The translations under genes and the position numbers were made by a program. A DNA stretch of 64,000 nt. Origin: Gemmatimonadota bacterium. GTDB taxonomy: Bacteria > Gemmatimonadota > Gemmatimonadetes > Gemmatimonadales > GWC2-71-9. The notes below the pieces were generated by a model. That model saw only the letters and a program-made list of their open reading frames with translations. It made no database searches and was not told the DNA's origin. The stretch lies in assembly GCA_022563595.1 (NCBI GenBank), contig JADFNB010000008.1:258-64257 (forward strand), written 5' to 3'. Positions within the stretch are counted from its first letter, which is position 1. Every line of letters starts with the position of its first letter. Below are positions 29,517-39,857 of the stretch, in pieces.

Positions 29517-29598
29517 TGCCCTGGCCCGGATTCGAACCGGGACGGCTCTCGCCACTGCCCCCTCAAGACAGCGTGTCTACCGATTCCACCACCAGGGC
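29517..29598 (-). tRNA. tRNA-Leu(GAG)
   Basis: GCCCTGG acceptor stem; CTGTC-TT-GAG-GG-GGCAG anticodon arm; long variable arm; GGTTCGAATCC. Confidence 0.96.
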
Positions 29599-29799
29599 AG
29601 GCAGAGGGTAACCCTCCGAGACCGCCCAACCTAGCCGGCATCCATAACAGAATCAAGCGGCGTAGGCTGGCGACACGGAGGGTTGAACCTAGTGTTTCCT
29701 CCTCGATGACGAAGCAGCGAATCCGCTCGCTTTCCACACTGGTGTACGTGTTCGGCAATGTCATACAGTGTGTTAGCCGGCCCCTGCCCCCGCCCCATA

Positions 29800-32700
29800 T
29801 CAACCGCCGTCGTTCTCGTCCCGGCGCAGGACGATAGCCGGGAGGTCGAGCGCGCCTACGCGTTGGTTGAACTCGGGCACCCGGTTATCCATCACGTCGG
29901 CCAACCTATCGAGCTGGATCTGGAGCTGGCCGGACAGTTCCTCGAAGACAGCGTACGCCTGTTCGGTAGGCGCGAAATCGCCGTTCTGCACGACGCCCGT
30001 CAGCGCCGCGAGCTTGTTGTTCAACCGGATCGGGAAGTTGAGCGGGTCCTGGTTGCTACGATTCTTGGTCTGGTAGATCTCCCGCTCGATCTCGCCCAGT
30101 GCCTCCTTGATGGTCTTGGCCAGTGCCTCGACCGAATCCGCCTCGGTGGCATCGACGGCGTCGCCCGCGGCATCGATCCGGTCCACCACGCCGTCGATCT
30201 GCTCGCGGACCTGTCGGATTCGTGTTACTGCGTCGTTGGCCTCGGTCACCCGGTCACGAATCCGGATCAGCAACTCGAATTGCTCGCGGAGATCGGCCGC
30301 GGTGGCGTTCACCCGCGGGTCGGCACGGATCTCGAACTGTTGGGTCTGCGACCATGCGCCGACGGTAAGCCGGGCCTGGTAGCTTCCCGCCACCGCGCGC
30401 GGCCCGCGTGTCGTGCCCCCCCACATGATCATCCCGTCGAATCGGCTGGCGTCCGCATACCGCAGGTCCCAGACGAACCTGTTCATCCCCGCCTCGAGCT
30501 CGAGCTGCCGGTTCCGTTCCTCGGATTTGGTCGAGTATGTCTTGATCACGTCCCCGTCCGCCTCGAGGAACTCGAGCGTGATCTCGGCGTCCTCATCTGC
30601 CTCCCGCAGATGGAAGAACGTCATGACACCGCCCGGCGGGTTCTGGCCCACACCGCTCACGGCGAAGCGGAATCCGCCACCGCCCATCCGATAGGTTGGG
30701 CGCGGTACAAAGAGGTGCGCTTCCGCCGACGCTATTTCCTCCGACAGCGCCCGCAGCGGCGTGATATCGTCGAGGATCCAGAACGAGCGCCCGTGTGTCG
30801 CCACGATCACGTCACTGTCCTTCAGGATCAGGCCGTGGATCGGCACGATCGGCAGGTTGAGCTGGAGCGACTGCCAGTGCTCGCCCGCGTCGAACGACAC
30901 GTAGACGCCGAACTCCCCGGCTGCGTATAACAGCCCGGGCCTGCCGAGGTCCTCGCGGACGGAGCGGATGAAGTGGTTGTCCGGAATCCCGCGCACGATC
31001 TTCCGCCAGGAACGCCCGTAATCGGTCGTCATGTAGATATAGGGAGCGAAGTCGTCCTGCTTGTAGCGCGTGGCCGCGACATACGCCGTGCCGGGATTGT
31101 GCGGTGAAACGTCGATGATGCTGATCAACGCCCACTCCGGCAGGCTGCGCGGTGTCACGTCGGTCCAACTCTCGCCACCGTCGCGCGTCACGTGGATCAG
31201 GCCGTCGTCCGAGCCCGCCCAGATTACTTCTGAGTCGTTGGGCGACGGTGCCAGCGTGAACACCGTCCCATAGTACTCGACACTCGTGTTGTCCTTCGTG
31301 ATCGGTCCGCCCGACGGGCCCATCTTGGTGGTGTCATTGCGCGTGAGGTCAGGGCTGATGCGCTCCCAGCTCTGCCCCTCGTCGGTGGAACGATGGACGT
31401 GCTGCGACGTCACGTAGAGCACATTCGGATCGTGCGGTGGGATGATGATCGGGAACGTCCACTGGAACCGCTCCCGCAGCCGGGCGGCACCCCAGCCCAT
31501 CGGGTTGTCCGGCCAGACGGAGATCGAGCGCTCTTGTCCCGTGGCACGATCGTGCCGCTCGAGCTGTCCCCCATAACAGCCGGCGAAGAAGATGTCCGTG
31601 TCGTCGGGCCGCTGTGCCACGTACCCGCTCTCGCATCCGCCGACGCCGAAATCGTAGGTCCGCGTCTGAATGCCGAAACCACTGGTGCGGCTCGGTACGC
31701 AAATGGTGCTGTTGTCCTGTTGGCCGCCGCACACCTTGTACGGGAAATCGGCGGTCGCGAACGCGTGATACATCTGGGCCGTCGGCTGGTTGTCCTGCCG
31801 GGTCCAGGTCGCGCCGCCGTTGAACGAGACGTTGGCACCGCCGTCGTTACCGTTGATCATGCGCGCCGGGTCGTTGGGCGCTATCCACAGGGCGTGGTTG
31901 TCACCGTGGGGAACGCGGATCGAGTTGTAAGTCTTGCCGCCGTCCACGGACCGATAGAATGCGGTGTTCAGCACGTAGACGGTCTCGACGTCCTCGGGAT
32001 CGGCGAAGATGTGCGTGTAGTACCACGCGCGCTGCCGCAGCCGGCGCTCGCTGTTCACCCGGGTCCAGGTCTCCCCACCGTCGTCCGACCGGAAGACACC
32101 GCCTTCATCGGCCTCGACGATGGCCCACACGCGGTCGGGGTTCGCCGGCGAGACGGTCACGCCGATCTTCCCGATCGTGCCCTCCGGTAGCCCGTCGTTG
32201 CGCGTGATCTCGGTCCAGGTGTCGCCGCCGTCGGTGGACTTGAAGAGTCCGCTCCCCGGCCCACCGCTCTCCAGCGCCCACGGATAACGCCGCACCTGCC
32301 AGAGGGCGGCGTAGAGGATGCGCGGATTGGTGGGATCCATCGCCAGATCGATCGCCCCGGCGTTCTCATCACGGTAGAGCACCCGCTCCCAGGTCCGGCC
32401 GCCGTCCTGCGAGCGGAAGACACCCCGCTGCTCGTTGGGACCGAAGATGTGGCCCAGCACCGCCACATACACCAGATCGTGGTCATTGGGATGGACCACG
32501 ATGTGGCCCACCTGACCGGCATCTGCGAGCCCGATCGGCGTCCACGTCTTGCCGGCGTCGGTCGAGCGGTAGACGCCGTTGCCCGGCGAGACGTTGCCGC
32601 GCGGCGGCGACTCACCCGTCCCGACGTAGACGACGTTCGGGTCCGATGGTGCCACCGCGATCGCACCGATGGAGCCGGCCATGCGGGTGGAGTCGGTGGT

Positions 32701-32946
32701 CGGGAACCATGTCATCCCACCGTCGTTGGTCTTCCACACGCCGCCGCCGGTGCCGCCGAAGTAGTAGATATAGGGCTGGTCGGCGTGTCCGGCTACCGCG
32801 GTCGAGCGCCCGCCGCGATACGGGCCGATCATGCGCCACTCGAGCGCATTGTACAGGGTCGAGTCGTAGCCCTGCCCCTCCGCGGACCGGGGATGGAGAA
32901 GCGGAAACAGCGACACGAGAACAGAGATGAGCACCAGTCGGCGCAT
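29800..32946 (-). CDS. VPS10/BNR-repeat glycosyl hydrolase-like secreted protein
   Basis: WR.IGP.RGGR; repeated S.D.G.TW Asp-boxes; GGQQDN; THGRSFW; AG.NR..WDLRY. Confidence 0.9.
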   Translation of the reverse strand: MRRLVLISVLVSLFPLLHPRSAEGQGYDSTLYNALEWRMIGPYRGGRSTAVAGHADQPYIYYFGGTGGGVWKTNDGGMTWFPTTDSTRMAGSIGAIAVAPSDPNVVYVGTGESPPRGNVSPGNGVYRSTDAGKTWTPIGLADAGQVGHIVVHPNDHDLVYVAVLGHIFGPNEQRGVFRSQDGGRTWERVLYRDENAGAIDLAMDPTNPRILYAALWQVRRYPWALESGGPGSGLFKSTDGGDTWTEITRNDGLPEGTIGKIGVTVSPANPDRVWAIVEADEGGVFRSDDGGETWTRVNSERRLRQRAWYYTHIFADPEDVETVYVLNTAFYRSVDGGKTYNSIRVPHGDNHALWIAPNDPARMINGNDGGANVSFNGGATWTRQDNQPTAQMYHAFATADFPYKVCGGQQDNSTICVPSRTSGFGIQTRTYDFGVGGCESGYVAQRPDDTDIFFAGCYGGQLERHDRATGQERSISVWPDNPMGWGAARLRERFQWTFPIIIPPHDPNVLYVTSQHVHRSTDEGQSWERISPDLTRNDTTKMGPSGGPITKDNTSVEYYGTVFTLAPSPNDSEVIWAGSDDGLIHVTRDGGESWTDVTPRSLPEWALISIIDVSPHNPGTAYVAATRYKQDDFAPYIYMTTDYGRSWRKIVRGIPDNHFIRSVREDLGRPGLLYAAGEFGVYVSFDAGEHWQSLQLNLPIVPIHGLILKDSDVIVATHGRSFWILDDITPLRALSEEIASAEAHLFVPRPTYRMGGGGFRFAVSGVGQNPPGGVMTFFHLREADEDAEITLEFLEADGDVIKTYSTKSEERNRQLELEAGMNRFVWDLRYADASRFDGMIMWGGTTRGPRAVAGSYQARLTVGAWSQTQQFEIRADPRVNATAADLREQFELLIRIRDRVTEANDAVTRIRQVREQIDGVVDRIDAAGDAVDATEADSVEALAKTIKEALGEIEREIYQTKNRSNQDPLNFPIRLNNKLAALTGVVQNGDFAPTEQAYAVFEELSGQLQIQLDRLADVMDNRVPEFNQRVGALDLPAIVLRRDENDGG

Positions 32947-33043
32947 TCGTTACCTCTCCTTAGTCAAGCAGCTGAGGTTGGGACGGCGAAGACTATCTCC
33001 GCGATCGCGACGGCGCCAGGGCAAGCGATACAGAGGTGACCCT

Positions 33044-34255
33044 CTATTTCAGCACCTCCCGCACCTCCCCCAGCGCCCACTCCAACGCCTCCTTCGCAAC
33101 CGTCAGGGGCGGCGCAAACCGGATCACCTGTTCGTGGGTCTCCTTGCACAGGATGCCGCGGTGGGCGAGTGCCTCGCAGAACGGCCGTGCCGTGCCGCTC
33201 GACTGCTTGATCACCACGCCGATCATCAGGCCCTGGCCGCGTACCTCTTCCACGTGCGGGGACCCAAGGGCGCGCAACTCGTCCATGAACCAGCTGCCGA
33301 GTTCCTGCGCACGCTTCTCAAGCCGCTCGTCCACGAGCACCTTGAGGGCGGCGCGCCCCACCGCGGCGCCCAAGGGGTTGCCCCCGAACGTCGATCCGTG
33401 ATCACCGGGCGCGAACATGTCCATGACCGGCGCGTCCGCGAGCATCACGGAGACGGGATACACCCCTCCGCCGAGCGCCTTGCCCAGCACGAGCACATCG
33501 GGATGTACGCCCTCCCACTCACAGGCGAACATCTTCCCCGTCCGCCCCAAGCCCGTCTGTATCTCATCGGCGACGAGCAGCACATTGTGCTCGCGGCATA
33601 GCTCGGCGGCCCCGGCCAGGTAGCCTTTGGGCGCGACGATGACACCGCCCTCGCCCTGGAGCGGCTCCACCATGAAGGCGGCTGTGTTGGGCGTGATCGC
33701 GCCGGCCAAGGCGTCGATGTCCCCGAACGGAACCACCACGAAGCCGGGCGTCAGCGGTCCGAAGTCCTCCCGATAGGACTCCTCGGTCGAGAAGGAGACA
33801 ATAGTCGTCGTGCGGCCGTGAAAGTTGTTGGCGCACACGATGATCTCCGCCCGGTCCGCAGGGATGCCCTTCACCCGGTAGCCCCAACGGCGCACGGCCT
33901 TTATGGCGGTCTCAACCGCCTCGGCACCCGTGTTCATCGGCAGGGCGCGCTCGTAGCCGGCCAACTCGCACACCTCGCGCAGGAACGGTCCCATCTGATC
34001 GTTGTGAAACGCCCGGGAGGTGAGTGTCAGGCGGTCGAGCTGCTTGCGCGCCGCCGCGATGATTGCGGGGTGGCGGTGCCCCTGGTTGAGGGCAGAATAG
34101 GCGGCGAGACAGTCGAGGTAGCGCTTGCCGTCGACGTCCCAGACCCACTCCCCTTCCCCCCGCTCGAGCACAATCGGCAGGGGCAGATAGTTCCGCGCGC
34201 TGTACTGGTCGACCTCGCTCAACAAATCGACCGTCGTGGTTGGTGTGGTCATCAA
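33044..34255 (-). CDS. rocD: Ornithine--oxo-acid transaminase
   Basis: NY.PLP, YSALNQGH.HP, LTSRAF, MNTGAEAVETA.K, EP.QGEGG, DEIQTGLGRTG, GKALGGG, HGSTFGGNP, CKETH. Confidence 0.93.
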   Translation of the reverse strand: MMTTPTTTVDLLSEVDQYSARNYLPLPIVLERGEGEWVWDVDGKRYLDCLAAYSALNQGHRHPAIIAAARKQLDRLTLTSRAFHNDQMGPFLREVCELAGYERALPMNTGAEAVETAIKAVRRWGYRVKGIPADRAEIIVCANNFHGRTTTIVSFSTEESYREDFGPLTPGFVVVPFGDIDALAGAITPNTAAFMVEPLQGEGGVIVAPKGYLAGAAELCREHNVLLVADEIQTGLGRTGKMFACEWEGVHPDVLVLGKALGGGVYPVSVMLADAPVMDMFAPGDHGSTFGGNPLGAAVGRAALKVLVDERLEKRAQELGSWFMDELRALGSPHVEEVRGQGLMIGVVIKQSSGTARPFCEALAHRGILCKETHEQVIRFAPPLTVAKEALEWALGEVREVLK

Positions 34256-34290
34256 CGCTCCACCTACGTCACAGGTTAGAGAATCGGTGT

Positions 34291-34328
34291 AATAAATGAT
34301 TATACATACGGCTGCATGTTTTTCCAGT
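34291..34328. promoter_or_regulatory. Tandem ARG-box-like sites overlapping a TATAAT -10 upstream of rocD
   Basis: 18-mers AATAAATGATTATACATA and GCTGCATGTTTTTCCAGT spaced by 2 bp; minus-strand TATAAT at 34304-34299. Confidence 0.6.
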
Positions 34329-34399
34329 CCGCGGCGGGCTGCGCTCCGCTACATCCCGGCTATCTTTGTAGCTCAAGAACCCGCTGGGAGCAATCTATC

Positions 34400-37300
34400 A
34401 TGCGCAGTCGCTCATCCGCACCCTACGTCAGCCACATTCTCGCAGCGTTTCTCTTGCTCGTCTCGAGCGCCACAGTCGCCGTAGGACAGGTCGATTCCGC
34501 CTTCCTGGCCGGCATGCAGGCCCGCAGCGTCGGTCCAGCCGGCATGAGCGGACGCATCAGCGCGATCGATGCCGTTGCGAGCAACCCCAACGTCATCTAT
34601 GTCGGTGCTGCCACGGGCGGGCTGTGGAAGAGCACCAACGGCGGGGTGCGCTGGCGCCCGGTGCTGGATGATTATCCCGCTCCGTCGATCGGCGCGGTGG
34701 CGATCTTCCAGGCCAGCCCCGACATAGTGTGGGTCGGCACGGGTGAGAAGGGACGTCGCAACAGCTCGGGCGTCGGCACCGGAGTCTACCGGACGTTGGA
34801 CGGCGGCGAGACCTGGTCGCACGTCGGGCTCGAGGAAACGGGTGCCATCTCCGAGATCATCCTCCACCCCAGCGACCCGAACGTCGCGTACGTGGCGGCG
34901 CTGGGAAACACCTGGGGCGAGAACCCGCAGCGCGGCGTCTTCAGGACGAGCGACGGCGGCAAGACCTGGACGAACGTGCTCTACGTCGACGAACGGACGG
35001 GCGCGGCCGACCTGGTGATGGACCCCACGAACCCCAACAAGCTCTTCGCCGCCATGTGGGAGCACCGGCGCTGGCCGTGGTTCTTCCGGTCCGGCGGCCC
35101 CGGGAGCGGCCTCTATCTCACCTGGGACGGCGGCGACAGCTGGCAGCGGCTTGGGGAAGACGAGGGGCTCCCGACCGGCGAGCTGGGACGCATCGGTCTG
35201 GCCATCGCGCACAATCGTCCCGAGATCGTCTACGCATTGGTCGAGGCAAAACGCTCCGTGCTGCTGCGCTCGGACGACGGCGGCCGTTCGTGGACCACTG
35301 TAAACCGTGAGCGCGGCATTGCGTCGCGTCCGTTCTACTACGCTCAGATAGCGGTGGACCCCGAGAACGAGAACCGCGTCTACAACCTCCACGGCCGTGT
35401 CACCTTCAGCGAGGACGGTGGCAAGTCGTTCGAACGGCTCGTTCCCTTCCGCGTGCACCCGGACCACCACGCCTTCTGGATCAATCCGCAGGACGGGAAC
35501 ACGATCTACGATGGCAACGACGGCGGTGTGTACATATCGCGCGATCGCGGTCGAACCTGGCGGTTCATGGAGAATCTCCCACTCGCGCAGTTCTACCACA
35601 TCGACGTCGACATGGAGACGCCGTTCAACATCCTGGGAGGGCTTCAGGACAACGGCTCCTGGCGCGGTCCCAGCGCCGTTTGGGAAAACGCCGGAATCCG
35701 CAACTACCACTGGCAGGAGGTCGGGTTCGGCGACGGCTTTGCGACCTTGGCCGATCCCACCGATGACCGGATCGGCTACGCGATGTCGCAGGGTGGCAAC
35801 CTGATGCGGTGGAATCGGGAGACCGGCGAGCGCAAGTCCATTAGGCCCGCCCACCCCGACGGGATCTTCCTGCGGTTCAACTGGAACGCCGCGATCGCGA
35901 TCGACCCGTTCGACCATGCCATCTATTACGGCAGCCAGTTCGTGCACCGGAGCACGAACCGGGGCGAGGGCTGGACGATAATCAGCCCCGATCTGACGAC
36001 CAACGATCCCGAGAAGCAAGACCAGCGGGAGAGCGGCGGGCTCACCTACGACGTTACGAACGCCGAGAACCACACGACGATCATCACCATCGCGCCGAGT
36101 CCGATCGAGCGCGGCGTCATCTGGGTGGGTACCGACGATGGCAACGTGCAGGTCACGCGTGACGGCGGGCAGACCTGGACCAACGTGGCCGACCGTATCC
36201 GCGGGGTCCCGCGCGCCACGTGGGTGCCGCATATCGAGCCGTCGAAGTTCGACAGCGGAACCGCGTTCGTCATATTCGATGACCACAGGCGCGCGAACAA
36301 CGCGCCCTACGCGTTCAAGACAACCAATTACGGGCGATCGTGGCAGAGCCTGGTTACGCCGCAGATCGAGGGGTTCGTCCACGTGATCGAGCAGGATCCC
36401 GTGGAACCCGATCTCCTGTACCTCGGCACGGAGTTCGGCATGTACGTCTCTCTCGACGGCGGGGACTCGTGGCGGCTGTGGCGTGCCGGTCTGCCGCGCG
36501 TGCCGGTGCGCGCGCTGGTCGTACACCCGCGCGACCACGACCTCGTGATCGGAACGCACGGGCGGGCGGCATACGTACTGGACGACGTGCGGCCGCTGCG
36601 CGTGCTGGCGCGTGACCCGTCCGTGGCCGAGCGCTCCCTTCATCTGTTTGAAATCCCGGCCGCCATCCAGTACCGGGTCAAGCAGGTCGACGGTTACCGG
36701 TTCGTGGGCGACGCCATGTTCAACGGCGAGAACCGGCGCTATGGCGCCCTGCTTACGTACATCGTGGACACGGACGGTGAGGACGACAGTGCGCGAGTGA
36801 CGATCCAGGTGCTCGACGACACCGGTGGGACGATTCGGACGTTCCGCGGGCCGGCTCAGCCGGGGGTCAATCGGACCGCCTGGAACCTGCGGCGGGAGGG
36901 GGTGAGCGGACCGCGCGGTGAGAGCAGCCCACCACGCGGCTTCGGCGCGCCGTCCGGCCCGGACGTGCTGCCGGGCAGCTACACCATCCGTATCATCCAC
37001 GACGCCGACACGGTTGCTCAGTCGGTGGAAGTATTAGCCGACCCGCGCTACACCCTGTCGATGACCGAGCGGCGCGCCAAACTGGATGCCTTGACGCGCG
37101 TCAACGACCGGCGGCGTGTCGCCGCCGAGGCGGTGAATCGGATACGGGATACGCGGCGTGGTGTGGAGCGGGTATTGGCCGCAGTGCGCGGCGAGCAGGA
37201 CAGCACGCATGCCCCTATCAGGCACGCCGGCAAGCGGCTCAACGATTCGCTCGACACGCTCGAGGAAGTATTCTGGGGACCGCAGGACCGACAGGGGATC

Positions 37301-37558
37301 TATCGTCCGCCCGAAGTAGTGTGGCGTATGCTCGGCTCCGTCTCCAGATCGATGGGCTCCTCATGGGACGCGCCCACCGAGGCCCAGATGCTCTATTTCC
37401 GGCAGGCGGAGCAACGTCTCGAGGAGGCACTGAGCACAATGCGACGCATCTTCGAGGAACAGGTCACCGCGTTCCGGCGCCAGGTGGCAGAGGCCGAACT
37501 CGAAATTCTCCCGGAGATCGAGCCGGTGGAACTGAGTTGGAAGCCGGAGGGGAACTAG
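34400..37558 (+). CDS. Second VPS10/BNR-repeat glycosyl hydrolase-like secreted protein
   Basis: RSVGPAGMSGRI; Asp-boxes; RPFYY; GGLQDNG; RFNWN; THGR. Confidence 0.9.
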   Translation: MRSRSSAPYVSHILAAFLLLVSSATVAVGQVDSAFLAGMQARSVGPAGMSGRISAIDAVASNPNVIYVGAATGGLWKSTNGGVRWRPVLDDYPAPSIGAVAIFQASPDIVWVGTGEKGRRNSSGVGTGVYRTLDGGETWSHVGLEETGAISEIILHPSDPNVAYVAALGNTWGENPQRGVFRTSDGGKTWTNVLYVDERTGAADLVMDPTNPNKLFAAMWEHRRWPWFFRSGGPGSGLYLTWDGGDSWQRLGEDEGLPTGELGRIGLAIAHNRPEIVYALVEAKRSVLLRSDDGGRSWTTVNRERGIASRPFYYAQIAVDPENENRVYNLHGRVTFSEDGGKSFERLVPFRVHPDHHAFWINPQDGNTIYDGNDGGVYISRDRGRTWRFMENLPLAQFYHIDVDMETPFNILGGLQDNGSWRGPSAVWENAGIRNYHWQEVGFGDGFATLADPTDDRIGYAMSQGGNLMRWNRETGERKSIRPAHPDGIFLRFNWNAAIAIDPFDHAIYYGSQFVHRSTNRGEGWTIISPDLTTNDPEKQDQRESGGLTYDVTNAENHTTIITIAPSPIERGVIWVGTDDGNVQVTRDGGQTWTNVADRIRGVPRATWVPHIEPSKFDSGTAFVIFDDHRRANNAPYAFKTTNYGRSWQSLVTPQIEGFVHVIEQDPVEPDLLYLGTEFGMYVSLDGGDSWRLWRAGLPRVPVRALVVHPRDHDLVIGTHGRAAYVLDDVRPLRVLARDPSVAERSLHLFEIPAAIQYRVKQVDGYRFVGDAMFNGENRRYGALLTYIVDTDGEDDSARVTIQVLDDTGGTIRTFRGPAQPGVNRTAWNLRREGVSGPRGESSPPRGFGAPSGPDVLPGSYTIRIIHDADTVAQSVEVLADPRYTLSMTERRAKLDALTRVNDRRRVAAEAVNRIRDTRRGVERVLAAVRGEQDSTHAPIRHAGKRLNDSLDTLEEVFWGPQDRQGIYRPPEVVWRMLGSVSRSMGSSWDAPTEAQMLYFRQAEQRLEEALSTMRRIFEEQVTAFRRQVAEAELEILPEIEPVELSWKPEGN

Positions 37559-37565
37559 GCGATAC

Positions 37566-37604
37566 GGATGGAAAGGTGGGAAGATGGTAGTCGTTCCATC
37601 TCTC
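37566..37604. repeat. Degenerate octamer repeat between convergent genes
   Basis: GGATGGAA AGGTGGGA AGATGGTA followed by inverted TTCCATCT. Confidence 0.55.
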
Positions 37605-37608
37605 CACG

Positions 37609-38577
37609 CTACCAACACTCTCCATCCCCCTTACGGAATAGCATCAGCGCGAACCAGCGGCGGTCGTCGGTCAGCGTGCGGATCAGCTCGAGTCCGAAGC
37701 AGGCCAAATACGCCTCGAGTTCGTCTATGGTGAACTTCCGGCTGATTTCGGTCATGATCCGTTCGCCCGCCTCGATCCGGAAGGTGCGGCCGAGCGGGGC
37801 AACGTGGAGATCCTGGGCCGTCTCGAAACGGGCCCCGATTTCGATGCGCCGCCATTCGGCGTTCCACCGTGCGACGTGCTCGATCCGGTCGATGTCGAGG
37901 GCTGCACCGAGTTCCCGGTTCATGCGGACGAAGAGGTTCTTCGTGAAGCGCGCCGTGACGCCCGCCGCGTCATTGTACGCCGCCTCCAGCAAGTCGACAT
38001 CTTTCATGAGATCTACACCGAGGAGCACGAAGCTCCCCAACGGCATCGCTGCGCATACCCTGCGCCAGAACGCCACGGACTCCGAGTGATCCATGTTGCC
38101 GATGGTGCTGCCCAGGAAGAGCAGCATCGTCGGCGCGAACTCCGCCAGCAGCGGGAATGCCTGCTCGTACTCACCGTGCACGCCCGCCACATTCACCGAC
38201 GGGAAGGTTTCCTCGATACGATCTGCGGCGACGCGCAAGATCGATGCGCTGACGTCGACCGGTACGTAGCGCACCGGACGTCCCGCCTCGGCGTAGGCGG
38301 CGAGTAGGTGATCCGTTTTCACGGCGCTGCCGGAACCGAGCTCGATCATGGTCACCGGACCGGTGATCTCTCGGATGGTCGCGGCGGAACGCGAGAGAAT
38401 CGCCGCCTCGGTGCGCGTGAGGTAATACTCAGGAAGGTCGCAGATCTGCTCGAAGAGCTCGCTTCCCTTGGCATCGTAGAGAAACCGTGCCGGGAGCCAG
38501 CGTGGCGTGTCACTGAGGCCCAGCGCGACCGCATTGGCGAAATCGCGAATGGACGCGTTCGTGGTGGTCGGCGCCAT
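37609..38577 (-). CDS. egtD: L-histidine N(alpha)-methyltransferase
   Basis: YDAKGS.LFEQI..LPEYY.TRTE, ELGSGS..KT, FLGSTIGN, AYND.AGVTA.F, TEISRKF. Confidence 0.92.
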   Translation of the reverse strand: MAPTTTNASIRDFANAVALGLSDTPRWLPARFLYDAKGSELFEQICDLPEYYLTRTEAAILSRSAATIREITGPVTMIELGSGSAVKTDHLLAAYAEAGRPVRYVPVDVSASILRVAADRIEETFPSVNVAGVHGEYEQAFPLLAEFAPTMLLFLGSTIGNMDHSESVAFWRRVCAAMPLGSFVLLGVDLMKDVDLLEAAYNDAAGVTARFTKNLFVRMNRELGAALDIDRIEHVARWNAEWRRIEIGARFETAQDLHVAPLGRTFRIEAGERIMTEISRKFTIDELEAYLACFGLELIRTLTDDRRWFALMLFRKGDGECW

Positions 38578-38672
38578 GCAAAAAGCTATCCGCAGCCCAA
38601 ACGTGCGGCAAGCACAAGGGTTCGTACTCCGGACTGCTCGAAGGTCGTCCGAGCGGGCGCCGGTGGTTCGGT

Positions 38673-39773
38673 CTAGCGTACGATTCGAGTATCCGGCACG
38701 AATACCGCCCAGGCGAACCAGAAATGGTTGCCGTGCTGCACCACGTCGAGCTGCGTGCCGGCGAGCGGGCCGGCTACGGCGCGACCCAGTATGTCCCAGG
38801 TGCTCCCCGTCTCGGAGTCGCGGAACCTGCCGTCCCCGGCGGGCTGGAAGCTGAGACGGCGGCCGTTCACGTCGCGCCGAAATACGCCGGACGATCCGAC
38901 GTCGCGGCCCTCGGCGATGCGGCGATCGTCGAGGGCGCTCGCCGTCCCCGGCGCCCAGAACACCACTATCGCCACACCCCCGACCTCGTCCTGTACCACA
39001 CGCTTCTCTGCGAGCAGCGAGAACGGGAAGGCGACCGTCTCGCCGCCGAGTTCAACCGCTGCGACGCGCTCCTTGGCCGGCAACCGCTCGTCCGTGCGTC
39101 CTGAGAAGAAGCCGCGAATGGGGCTGGACTGTGGCCGATCGTACCACACGTACGGGTTGTTGCCGTACGGTTTGGAGTGGCCGGTCTCGCGCGATAGGAC
39201 CCGGCCGTCGGGATACGTCTCCTTGAAGGTCTTCCAGCTGATCAGCGGGGCGCTGATGAAGGTGAGTCGATGCCCCGCGAACTCTCCGACGATGCCCCGA
39301 CCCGTGGCCTGCTGCCACCAGCTCTCCGTCTGGCGGTCGTACATGACCAGATCGGAGTGCCGCAGACGTCCCGTCGTACCGAAATCGAGTACACGTCCTG
39401 CGTGGCGACGGTCGAAGGCGAGCGCCGTGTTACAGAGAGGGCAGAACGTGACGGTGACCGGTACCCCGCCCAGCTCGTCGTTCACGATCTCGTGCCAGAT
39501 CAGTATCTGGATGGGGTACGCCTTCGCCTCGCCGTTCAGGACGACCAAAACCACGGGCTCCCGATCCGCCAACCATCGGTCGGCTTGCCGTACGTTGACG
39601 AACCGCGGGCGATCGACGGCCGGGATGCCGTCTTTCGGGGGGCCGCCCGACACGATCTCGTCGAGCGGAACGGTGTGACGGGAAAAATCCGTCTTCCATT
39701 CCCGGCCGAACTGCGCCGCGACGGGGACGGGAACGAGAACGAGCGCGAGCAGTGTGAGGGCGGTATGTGTCAT
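38673..39773 (-). CDS. DUF3179 domain secreted protein
   Basis: GGPPKDGIPA, AYP..IL.WHEIVND, TFCPLC, MYDRQTESWWQQ, FWFAW. Confidence 0.9.
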   Translation of the reverse strand: MTHTALTLLALVLVPVPVAAQFGREWKTDFSRHTVPLDEIVSGGPPKDGIPAVDRPRFVNVRQADRWLADREPVVLVVLNGEAKAYPIQILIWHEIVNDELGGVPVTVTFCPLCNTALAFDRRHAGRVLDFGTTGRLRHSDLVMYDRQTESWWQQATGRGIVGEFAGHRLTFISAPLISWKTFKETYPDGRVLSRETGHSKPYGNNPYVWYDRPQSSPIRGFFSGRTDERLPAKERVAAVELGGETVAFPFSLLAEKRVVQDEVGGVAIVVFWAPGTASALDDRRIAEGRDVGSSGVFRRDVNGRRLSFQPAGDGRFRDSETGSTWDILGRAVAGPLAGTQLDVVQHGNHFWFAWAVFVPDTRIVR

Positions 39774-39857
39774 ACCCGATAAACGGCACCGCTCCTCCAC
39801 CGGTTCCCGTCTGGATTCGCGGCATGGAGCCGCCACTCTCAGCTGCCGATCACCGCG

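Noticed and set aside
29599-29799. Short ORF or third RNA gene upstream of the tRNAs
   Set aside because: No cloverleaf, RBS or recognisable motif.
34412-37000. Long antisense ORFs (862 aa here; also 7028-8338, 8292-9800, 16339-18063, 25576-27000, 40984-42699, 51086-52435)
   Set aside because: They shadow well-supported genes on the opposite strand, carry no recognisable motifs, and are expected in high-GC DNA.
38673-39773. Selenoprotein DUF3179
   Set aside because: The motif is CPLC with normal Cys codons and there is no in-frame TGA.
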